DNA of 63,883 nucleotides, the filler included, from Choristocarpus tenellus KU-1152 (lineage: Eukaryota; Protista; Phaeophyceae): assembly GCA_964200185.2 (NCBI GenBank). It is 10 parts of 10 records of this genome, joined end to end, with 100 filler letters (N's around TTAATTAATTAA, not from the genome) between each part and the next. Parts side by side here need not be neighbours in the genome. Positions count along the whole stretch, not along the records: positions 9,399 to 29,101 come from CAXNAD020000452.1; 9 more parts are not named here. One strand, written 5' to 3'. A model generated the notes under the pieces. The model had not been told where the DNA came from. It worked only from the letters and a program-made list of their open reading frames with translations, and searched no databases. Position 1 is the stretch's first letter. The number at the start of each line of letters is the position of its first letter. A program made the translations under genes and the position numbers. Below, piece after piece: positions 12,801 to 24,800 of the stretch.

Positions 12801-15800
12801 ATATACTCAAGGCTTATTAAAACACTTACTACATATCACTGGGTCAGACATAGGTTAAGAATTGAGTATTTGAATTGAAAGCCCCCCCCAAAAGCTCTAG
12901 TTTGATATATGTCATATTCTTGACAAAATTCGTGTTTTATAGGAGTAAATTCTCTCACTGCGTTGAAGATAATGATAGCACTCAAAGAAGGGGACACCGT
13001 ATTCAAAGTAGGAAAATGGCAGGGTGCTTGGCTCTGTGACTTGCTGTTGAGTGTTTGAGCTGTAGATGCATGCAGCTATAGAGTGGCAGCATTCTACGAT
13101 GTAGTTGCTACAGGCTTAAGAAAACTTGTGAAACCCAAATCAAAAATGAGAAGAGAGAGGCTTCTGTTGGGTTGAATAGCCAAGTAGGCAAAGCCTTTTC
13201 AGTCAGACATTTTTTTATGCCCGAATTTTCTCAGATCGTTTTAAAAGGTAAGTAACATTGCACTGGTAGAGGCTCAAATGAACAGCTAGAAATGTAGGAT
13301 GGCTTCTGAGAATAGGTTTAAAGTGGAAAAATGGTGGTGGACACACATTTCTATAGCATGTAGTGAAAGTTGCACCTCCTTGTTGTGTATGAATCCATGA
13401 AGGATAGTATTCGTGCTGGTGCCCTAATGCAAGCAGTTCTAGATGCTTGGTCATGTTTGTTGCTGGTTGCATAGGTGTTTGTTTGCAAGACCACTCCTCC
13501 AAAAAACGTTTTTTTGGTTGACACTCTTCAAAACCAGCTGGATTTTAGCCAGCAGGTTGAATACTTTGATAAACCCTAAAATTTGTTCATGCTTTTTCCC
13601 TCATGGTGATTGCGCTCGGCATCAATACCTGGAGCTCTACCAGGAAATACATGACAACTTTTCAAGAGTAACGTACAAACTCTGATCGTTAGTACTCTCA
13701 CCTTGACAGTTCCTGTGAGTTAAGATCTGAAGATGATGCCACAGAGAGACCTCTGTCCCCATAGTCATCACTCATTGTTCCCCCACGTCCACCCGAACCC
13801 TTGAAGAAATGTGAGGGGAAGCTACCCATGCTTTCCGATGACTGCACCAGGTTTATTTAGGGTTGAGAAGGGAGCAGAATCTGTGTATGTGATAGAGAGC
13901 GTGTGTGTTTTTAAGATGCTATATCAAGGGTAAATATCTGGGGACTGAGAAGGATGTACTGAACAGACCTGACTACAGATAGCAGGGCAGAGGGTTCTAA
14001 CTGTGCAACAACTCATAAATCTATCCTGATATTCCTTGAGTGAAACCGTTCCCTAGGGCATGAGAACTGAGTGGATACGAGAAGATTTGTGTTCCAAGTT
14101 CTGAAAGAAAATATGTGTTTACCTTTATTTTCCAGTAGATTCACACAGCTAACTTTCTACAATTTACAATATAGACTTCCCTTGGCTTCCTGGTCCTGCT
14201 CACCATGGACCTTGTAGATATTTTTGCTGTGAGGTGTTGCTCTGTGAGGGCACGACTGGCATGCCGGCGGTTTGAGGAGGGTGATGACATGCCAGTCGAC
14301 ACATTGGTCAGCAAGTCTGAGAAAGATCGGGTGTCCTGCTCAATGTGGTGATAATAGATTTTGAGAAGGGCTGAGAGTAAGAGCAAATAGTGCGCGTATG
14401 TAATCCGTGTATGTGATCCATATTAGAGCTCCGATATACTCTACATGCTCTAGCGAGTGGTAGAAGAGCTGTGTGGTCTGCTATAGCCTTTCCTACTACC
14501 TGACACCTTCGTTTGTTACATCTCTGAACCTGTTTTGCCAGGGTAACATTTCTTGAATAGGCACATTTTTTTCTTGACATGGTGCAGCTCAAGAAACTCC
14601 ATTGATCACTTAAAAGAGCTCTGCTTTCTTGCTTTACTCCCAGTTTACACCTGTACTACACAAAAACGCACAACCCGCTAAATTGCTGCTGATACCCTTT
14701 TTTTGGACTGAGAGCCAAATTATCTTAGAGGGTAGAGCCGCGTCCATTTGGGGGTCAAAATCCAATGTTGCGATTTCGATGTAATTTTGGCTATCGTGTT
14801 TGTTAGGAAGTGTCAATGTCCTTATTCCAGACACACCTTTTCATAACTTATATATTCTACCTACTCCGAAATCATTTCGAGTTGGGAAAATGTCATAAAA
14901 ACCCCGAGGGAAGTCAAGCCTCAAATGGATAAACAGGGCAAAACTCGTACCCTCTAAGATACTTTCACTCTGAGAAGAAAAATATGTAAGGTAGTATGAG
15001 TGGAACAAGATCAAACGGTCTAGATGCATAGATCGGAGAGTATAATAAATGTGGATCTTACCACAAGGGTGGACATGGCCGATCTCCCCAGGTGTGCCCG
15101 AACTCTGGACTTCATACGATCTTTGCTAATATTTACTGATGGTCCATTCAAGGGGTCCATACGCTTTATAGTCCAGTACCTTCCAGTGGAGTGAAAGTTA
15201 GGTGGGGCATGCTATTGAACTTGAAGGCTTGTTTGACAGGTTGGGCTTGCTCAGGATGAGGGATAATTTTATTTTGGAACAAAAAATGGTTGCTGATTGA
15301 TGTGAGGATCAGGTTTCATTTCTTTATGTCAAGAATAAGTCAACAGGTCAGGAAAACAGTGACCAAACTAAACCCCCTGTAAAGTGGGCCTTTAGAATAT
15401 TATGAGGGATAAGTTTGAATGGAAACACGACTCCTCTTGCCTCCGATCCTTGGAAGTCAGTGATGCCATACTCAGACTGATTTTGGATTTGCCAATGCCA
15501 TCCATTCCAATGAGTTCATTGGTATCCTCAGTCTTTCCAGTCCCTCCCACAGATCGTGATCCAGGCACTGATCCCACTCCCATGCTGCTTGTATCTGTTC
15601 CAGCGCTTGTCACTTCACCAAGTGCAGGTGCGATCACACTCTGTCCTATGGACAATCCTGACCCAGACTCAAGGCTCCCCTCCAGCCTTGTGCCTGGTCC
15701 TTTTCTCCCAGTTGCTATGCCATGCCGCCCATTACCACCTGAGACCCCTTCCTTGGTCCATGAGTAACCATTGCTTGCTAACGCCATCCATGGGAACTGG

Positions 15801-18800
15801 ACCCAGATCCATCGCTGCTTGAAAGGGTAGTGCAGCATCTCCACTTAGGAGGTTCCTAGATTTTTTCTTCGAGTATTGACAGGTGTGCCCAACTAGGCAT
15901 AGTGAATGTAATTTGCTTCATTAATTCACTGTTCGAGAACCACTAACTACAGTACTATTAAGCACCATGATCAATGCTAGCATGCTCCCCCACTAAGTGG
16001 CTAGAGCTCAACAAATTTGAGCACAATATAGCAGATGAGGTTGAACGGGAGAAAGAGGGAACTAGACAGACAGACCTCCTATGTCTTCTAGTATAGTAAC
16101 ATATGGGTGTTTAGATCGAGTACTTTGTGTAATGTAGGGGGTGGGAGGATCCACCTGAAAGTAGTAGAAGGGGACAGCTCTGTAGTGGTTCAGCTGGTCC
16201 TTTGGAGCTCCCTTGGGTTGAGAAAGTTCCTCATCTATATTCCTTGTTCCTTCATCCTCCTCATTAGCATAGGTTATTTGATGGTGAAGTGACAAGAAGG
16301 GAGATTAGTGAAAGGCAAAAGAGATGAACATGCATTGGAATCAATCAGGATTTCTTTTTTGCAATTAACAATGAGTGAAAGTATCTTAGAGGGTACGAGT
16401 TTTGCCCTGTTTGTCCATTTGGGGCGTTGCTTCCCACGTTTTTTTATGACATTTTCCTACTCTGAAACGTTTCGGAGTAGGTAAAATTTACACATTATGA
16501 AAAGGTGTGTTCAGAACAAGGATATTGACACTTGCTAGCAAACACGATAGTCAAAATTACATCAAAATCGCAACATTAGATTTGACCCCCAAATGGACAC
16601 GGTTCTGCCCTCTAAGACACTTTGAATCAATACAGAGGATTGGTGTCATGCACTGAAGTCATAGCACTAAGGGATGGGTAGTACAGAAAGCTGAAGCAAG
16701 CCTGTTCAAGTTGAAGTCCAACACAGTTGTAGATAGATAGGAGACGCGGTTTTGGGCCCACAAATCTTTGCAGACGACTTCAGAGATCCAATACGAAGTG
16801 TCAATGTTCCACACTCTCACCCTTTCCTTGAACTTGGATGCCCCGCTACCACAGGGCTCAACCCCAGTCATAGCCACCATCTCCGGGTCAACTCCAATTC
16901 CTTCCAAGTTTTTAAAATCCAGTGGCATGTGTAGGAATGGGGGACTGGATCGAACAAACACCAGCAGGGAATGGGTGAAAAAGGGTGCTTGGAAGCTTCG
17001 GTCAAAAGTCTTCCTTTGTGTCTTGAACCTGTCCCATGGATGGTAAAGCATGGACCAACATACAGCCCACGATGTCTCTGGTACCAGGAAACAGTTTGGT
17101 TGGAGAAAGAGTATCATCCACTTTCTAGAAGCGCAGATCCAAAGCATTTAAGAGGGTAGGGTTTTTTCCCTGTTTGTCCTTTTGGGTTTGGTTTCCCACG
17201 GGTTTGTATGCCCTTTTTAGGTTTTCAGTGTGAACATAGTTACCTAAAATGTATATAACTATGAAAGGTGTGTCTGGAACAAGGATATTGACACTTGCTA
17301 ACAAACACGATAGCCTAAATAATCAAAATTGCAACATTGAATTTATGACCCCCAATGGACGCGACCCTACCCTCTTAAATGCTTCTCTCGCAAGGGTTAC
17401 AAAGTGGGATAGACCCATGCTGATCTATACCTGGCATACTCCTTTTGCAGCAATTGGCTCATTTCGCGCATGAAGTCTCCGATTTTGTTCACCATGTCCC
17501 CTAGATGGAATATTGTAGGGCGTCCGTCCACCTGCCAGGCCTCCACAGCATGGTTGTATTCAAACACAAGGTCGAAAGGTGCCACCTGAGGTCAATAGAG
17601 TAGGGAAGTTTGGAGAGATATTCTTAGGTTTGTTGAGATCAGGCTAATATTTGAAGGTTGAGTGAAAGTATCTTAGAGGGTACGAGTTTTGCCCTGCTTG
17701 TCCATTTAGGGCTTGACTTCCCATTTTTTTAATGACACTTTCCTACTCCAAAATATATCGAGTAGGTAAAAGGTATACGTTATGAAAGGGTGTGTCTGGA
17801 ACAATGATATTGACACTTCCTGACGAACAAGATAGTCAAAATTACATCAAAATCGCAACATATGATTGGGGTCCCCAAATGGACGCGGATCTACCCTCTA
17901 AGGTACTTTGGTTCAGTTGTTGAGTCATGTCCTCAATTTGGAATCTCACAGCATGTTCATGTTTTCTTGTTGTCTTCAGAAGCAGAGGCAGGATTTGCCT
18001 TAAAGTCTTTCATACACAAGAACTCCACAACTGGCGTGGCAAAAGGGTTAGTATATTCTTTGCACTTTATTTCTAGCCTCAGTGTACGTCCCATCCAAGT
18101 GTATTGATATTGTTGGTTACCCTAACCTTCAGCTGGAAAAATGAGAAGCGGCTATGGTGAAAGCTAATCATAAACTTATGCCAACAAGCACAAAGCTTGT
18201 AATTATCAGGATAATGCAAAGTGTTTGCCCCAACTCTCAAACATGCTTGAGTACACAGAAAAGGGAAGGGACTGCTCCCAGTCGTGTGTTTGGACGGTTG
18301 TCTAGGGCAAATGTTTCTCCCGATCAGCTGGAACTCATTCTGATTCTCACTCAGCAAATGAAAGGTAAGAAATGTCTAAAAAAAAAAGGTGATCAACTCT
18401 ACTCTCTGAGGGAGACATTTACTGGAGTTGCTTCACCTTGTCTGCAGTAGATAATCTACCACTGAGGGAAAAAATGTCTGCAGCAGTGACCAATGCTCCC
18501 CCTGCCCCTCTGTTGCTTGATTCTCGAATCATGAGGCTGGAATGTGACAGGATTAGAGGAGCAGGAGAATTAGTGTAGTGGTGTAGACGTGGGGCAGAGA
18601 ACCTGTTACTTTGCATTTCTCCAAGCTCTCTTGTCTGAGAACGTTAAAAAAACGCATGCCATTGCCACACTCAAAATGTTTACAGGATATAGTCAGTATA
18701 TCATTTCATCTTCCAGGAATATCATCTCACTTTCCAGATATTTCTACCGTGCATAATGAATCTCACGATCTTGTGTGCATTGAAGAGTTTTATTCAAGTG

Positions 18801-21800
18801 CCCTCTCTCCCTAAGCTGGACATATATATGTACCTGCTTGGGAGCTTTCTATACCTATTGAGCTAGCATCTAACTGAGTTCAAAGGATAATGAACCCTGT
18901 ACAAAAATTGGATCTAATAGATGGCGTTCAGGGTGACAGTTGTAGCCTTACTTAAGTAAGCGAGCTTTGTTGTCTTCCTCAGCCCTGGCTGCCTCCGCTT
19001 TCTCACTGACATGGAGGGGTCCCTCTGTGAGAAGTTTCCAGTAGAGCATCAGCTCACGCCTGAGCTGCGTAGTGTTCCACATTGTCTGCACGAAAGGAGT
19101 TGTTATATTACACAGAGGGGATAACATTACTGAGGGGGGAAGAACAGGGTGAGAATACTACTGGAATGATTGCTGCCTGCCTATTTTGTTTCTGTAGGTT
19201 ATATGGGAATTGGGTTCCAGGCAGTGAAACCCTTGCTCCATGCTATATGGTAGCACAGACATCTAACCCCTCTCAAAATAAGTCCTTCAGTATTGTGAAC
19301 GATATGGTGTGGACTGGAGCATACTCTTCTAGTTTCTCCTGGTTGGATGTTTGTTGGATTCCATGCCTCTCAAAGCACGACTACTTCGTGAAAATGTGCA
19401 ACATATTACTGTCTCCTTCATTCTCAGACTCTGTGGATAGGTTGTTGCCTTGTACTAGAAATCTACTTCGTACCACACAAGGATAAAGCAGTGAGGAGTA
19501 TTGATCGTCGGGATCTGGCAGTGCAGTTCTAATTGCTCTTCTATGGCTAGCAGCTGCACAAAGGAACACAGTCAGTGCCAATCACACCTTCTTTCTCATT
19601 TCATGTTCCAATAGTTGTGATGGAATGAAACCAAACACGCCAATTCTGTGCATTAAATCCCCTCAGAAGATTCGCAACACAACCGCTACCAGTGCTGCTG
19701 AGAGGTTGGTTGGGTACCTAGATCCCCTCCTTGTAGGTGTCAGTTATTTCACATGGACATCAACTACCTTGCTTGCAACTGGGGCAGAATGTGTTTTACC
19801 AGTTGCTACTGGAGGACTTCATGTGTTTGTCTAGATGATGCACGATATTTTACTTTTCTGCACTCCACATCCTCTTAGCTCTATTGCATCTTCTACCCAT
19901 TCTCATTTGTCTGAACCTTGGCGCTGCAGGACAAGTTGGTAATCTTTGAACGGATGGTGTGGTGGCATAGATATTGGACAGGGGAAGAAGTGAGCTGTGT
20001 AGGGTCATAAATTTGGTCCTGCTTGTACTCGTCACCCTTCATTATACCTCAAATGTCTTGAGGTCAACAAGTGTGTTTTTCAGGGGGTGCCATTTGTAGC
20101 ACTTCTTCAGGTGCCAGGGCAGTTCTTCGCAACGCCTCGGGCTAGGCATTTTTGCATGGAAAAACCTCACCAGGCGGGAGTGCCACGGACTAGGTGTGCC
20201 AACATATCGGTGAAAGGTCTGCAATTTGAAAGAAGAAAAAACGAGGGAGAGAAAAAAAGGGGGTAGTAACAGCACGTTCTTGAGACAGAAATTAAGGCAT
20301 TTTGTTGGTCTTATGCCCTATTGAGCAATAATGTGCAAGTTGAGAAGTACAATTGGGGGCGAAGCAAACTCCTTTATCTAGAAGTGGTGGTGATTCCTCC
20401 ACCAGAGAGGGGAACGAGACACACTAAGAAGGAGGCGAGGGCAGGGGTTTGACGGCTGGTCGTTTAGAGTGGAAATCCTTGAACACTTGGGAGGGTATGG
20501 TGGTACTCAGAAGGAGGTTCTTTATCTGGGAATGATTTCGGTGTGATCTAGTAAGGTTATAGAAGGGTGCGGAACATCTATTCAGCAGAGAGGATATTGT
20601 TAGCCTATTGAGGAAGAAGGTGAGAATTGGAGGGGCAACTGGACCTGCCAAGATATTTTCATGGAACCTGTGTGACACACCACATGGTAAATGACAGGGT
20701 GGTATTGAGACTGTTATGTTTGGATACGATATATAGTTCAGGCGCTAGTATCCTAGAGGGGTGTGAGCGTTTAGTCCATGTGGTCCATTCGGGGCTTGGC
20801 AGGGTGTTTAAAGAATCCCTAGCTTGATGCCCATTTTTCAGTCGAATTTCCTTTGAATTTGGTCTACGCAAAGGAAGGTGCGTATTTAGATGAAGAAAAC
20901 TACCCTTACATCTGACAAGTTCACTCTCGTGACATGGAACCACTACAGGGTCCCCCAGGCCCCTCAATGGACACCTGATCCCCTGTTTATGATACTATGG
21001 GCCTTCACTGTAAGTGTAATAGAATAGTCGATATAGAACATCAGGTAGGTATAGAGATCAGTTCTAGATGTATTTCTTATTCTATGTAGTAGTATTAAGG
21101 TCATTATCATTTTGCAGATCATTGCCATGAATAATATATACAGAAAATATAGTCTGTGTTACATATTTGTGTGCACATTATTCTTTGCCTTCCACTGTAT
21201 GTTTCTTCATGTTCCCTCAGTGACAAAGTTTGCAAAATGTCAGTGGGTATAAAATAAAAATAGGATATCGTATATATTGGTAAATATGTTAGTCAATACA
21301 ATGGGCATGATTGTCTGTTTGATCAAGAGATGCAGATAGGTAGAAGAGTAGTTCTTGATGCGCAGGATGTACCACTACCTCATCTGGAGTTGGGTAACTG
21401 AATAAACCAAACAAGGGAAATTGATGTACTCCTTTTGGGGGGGCTACTGTCAACTTAACGTTCTATGCTAGTACTCCAAAGTAGTAGGAAATGACCCAGC
21501 GCATTTAAGAGGGTAGGGCTGCGTCTCTTGGGGTCAAAAATCCAATCTTGTTTGTTAGCAAGTGTCATTATCCTTGCTCCAGAGACAACTTGGTAGCCGT
21601 AGACATTTTACCCACTCCGAAATGTTTTGAAGTAGGTTACTATGTTCACACAGACACCGAAAAAGGACAAGAACCCTGTGGGAAGCCAAGCCCCAAACAT
21701 ACAAATAGGGCAAACTCCTACCCTCTTAAATGCTTTGGGTCAATAGCAGTTCTTAAGTGCGGAGGTTTTTTGTACAAGAGTGGAGATGAGCACATAATCC

Positions 21801-24800
21801 ATCAAGGCAGAAGTGGCGAGGAGTGCCACCATTGTCTCTATAGGGCTTGAGCAGTGCCCACCTCTTTATGAGGGTTTTGAGTGATAGGTAGTGGTGAGCG
21901 TTATGGTCAAACTGGAGGGAGGGGCAACTCATGGTAATGGTGTGCATCCAGTGGGAGAGGTGAGGAGGGATGGACATATGAAAATGAGGGGACAGACCTG
22001 GAATGGGGACGTTTTGGGAAGAGAGATGAAATGCTTCTGCCGAAATACTGTCAAAATATGTACCATTAACAGATGAGCAACCTGCATTATTTCCTAGTTG
22101 GAAGATGGAGTTTTTAGTTCATGGAGCTAGAGGGGGGTAGGACGTCTGTACACACTACGAAGGAGCACCCCTGAGTTGGAGATGACAACTACAAGGATCA
22201 TCATAATCAGAAACAGATTGGTAGGAAAAGCACAAATTATGTTGTTGTGGCTCAAAGTATCTGAGGGGGGGTGGCAGCTGTCCATCTGGGGCCCATTTTT
22301 CCTTTTCACAATTTTTGGATGTTTTGGTTGCAGGTGTCGGATGGATAATGCAAGTGCACGTTTCCTGGTCAGGGTCAAAATGGACACCCTGGTGTATACC
22401 CCCCCCGCCCCCCCCCCAGATAGTTTGAACATGTCATATTATACGGCGACCAGCGGTGAAGAATATCACAAGTTGCTGGTTGAGGCATTCATTGCCCTGA
22501 AAAGTCTATTTGCGCCACAGGAAGGCTTGGAGGGGATGGAGATCAGATGATCTTGAGCAACATTCGGTTAGGGAAGGGAAAGGATCCTTCACCTATATTG
22601 TGGGAATGGAGAAGTTGGTGAATGAACTTCATGAAATGGGTGGCATCCATTACTAACGAGGACAATCTAATGATGCAGTTGCAGATCACCCTTAGACTAC
22701 ATTAAGGAAAGGAAAAAGGTTAGGGAATCAGGGACTCCGGAAGGACAACTGGAGCTGGAGAGGATGGCTAGACAGATATACAAAATCCTCACTGTTTCTG
22801 ACAAGGGTGATCTTTCACCACCAACGAAGGCAGGAGCGTTCTTTGTGGAGAAGACAGGGGGAAAGGTGTTCATGCACACTTGAGGAGGGCGATGTTGGGA
22901 GGGTGGTGGGTCTTATTATACAAATAGATGGCCTAAATTGGGCAATGATAAAACACTGAGGAACTTACGTTGCTTCAATTGTGGGAAATTTTGGACACAA
23001 ACGACAAAATTAACACCTCTGTGGTTTTTCAATGCGCTATTTAGAGCATCTACTTGCAAACTGTACCACATTCCCAACAATGCGCTTCCCAGAAAAAATG
23101 TTCCTGCCCTTGTGGTTAGTGAAGGATCACCCTTGTCGAAAGCAGTGAGGTTTTGATATCTGATCCATTTTTGAGTAGGAAAATGTCATAAAAAATTCCA
23201 TGGGAAGCCAAGTCCCAAACAGACAAACAGGGTAAAACTTGTACCCTCTAAGATACTTTCACTCTCAATGCATTGCTTGGGGAGAGCTCGTTTAGTGGGA
23301 CGAGAATCTAGGAAAAGTTCCCTACAAACCTGAAAGAAAAAATGAAATGCTAGTCAGTCGAGAGAATATGCATATCTCCCTGAGTGTTCCAGATCCTTTA
23401 CATGATACATTTTTGTGCTCTTTGTGCATTGGAGGGAACAGTATGCAGTTCGTTATTTGCACTCAGTCCGACTTCAGAGTGATGCATGAAGAGGGTTGTG
23501 TTTAGATGAAGATATAGTGCTGAAACTGTGCGGTTCTGTAGAGAGTGGATGAGACTACACCATGGGTGACATGCGCTGTGCTCTTGACTTGAGGGCATTA
23601 CACTTCAGCGTGGAAAAATATGACTTTTATTGATCTATTTGGATATGCAAGGGAGAAAGAGTGTTTCGTACCTTGTCCTATGTTTATGGCATGCTGTGAT
23701 CTTGCCTCCCTTCTACTGTATTAAGTGTACTCTCATGCGACTGCCATATGCCATAAAATGTGCAAATGATGGTGCAAGGTCATTAGTTGTGGTGTATAGT
23801 CTCACCACCTCACGTAGGTCCTCCGCCTCTAGCCCCAAGACGAAAAGGCTTCGCCCCTCCTCTTCTGGGCAGGAGACATAGGTGACCCCCAATACGCATA
23901 GGGCCGTCTTTAGGGTCTCCTTAGTTTCAGTGTCGAGAGCATAGTTCCTGCCAATGCCCTGAGTTATATTATTGCAGTGAACAATTCACAGGTGAATGCT
24001 TAAATTGATTTCACTGAGCATTCAATTTTTTTTTTAGCACTACAATTTGAAACAAGCACACAGGTGACATGCATACTAGAAACACCAATTCCAAAAATAC
24101 ACAACTAGGATGGAAAAAATGGAGAATTATGTAAGGAAAATAGTTCTGGATGTAACTCTCCAAGCCCAACAACTTTCTCAGGGTCCATCGCTTATGTCCA
24201 CTAGGAAACCCAGCCCGTGTTTGGACTCGTCTCTCCCCACCACCTTGCCCATATGAAAAGCTCCTTTTCCTTTCTAAGAATCCTTCTCGATGATGATTGA
24301 TTGCTCAATGGCGAGGTGCTTAGAGCATAACCACGCAAAACAGTGAAGCCTCCAAACATTTTTCCCACCTCCTCTTCCCAGGAGTTTGTATCCAATATGA
24401 CCGAGTCCGAAACATTTTTTTGAATGTGTTCACCACCCTTGGAGTTACCGTCACCATGGTAACACCCCCCCACCACAGTCGATGCAGTTGAAGACCAAAT
24501 ATATGAGGCAACAGGTGAGTTGGAGAGGGAAGTATGGCAAGAGGGGTTGATGTTTGATGGGTAAGGTCCTGGAGGATCTGGCACGAGACATAATTTTAAA
24601 AAAGGGTGAATTTCATTCATAGTTGTGCACGACACGGCATGTAGAGTGAGATACAAAATACATAGAGGGTTCAACTACCTCAAACCCATTCTGAACACGA
24701 ATGAAATATTTCAGCAAGCAATACAGCTAGGTACCTTGGATTTTTTCTCTTTTCATCTCAGGATAGGCTACTACAGCACAGTTGTACCTTGATATAGGGG

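Noticed and set aside
15060-15230. GPY/F-like integrase tail (KAYGPLEW...SYEV)
   Set aside because: That frame has stops. Another frame is an open exon with proper splice sites (YWTIKRMDP...).
16700-17600. Gypsy integrase-like words (PFDLVF, RSFQAPF)
   Set aside because: Better explained as phase-compatible exons (17585-17431, 16944-16821) of the host gene plus intron sequence.
24201-24674. 157-aa minus ORF as an extra exon of the NPHP3-like gene
   Set aside because: No convincing acceptor/donor pair, and the flanking exons already join in phase. Left unresolved.
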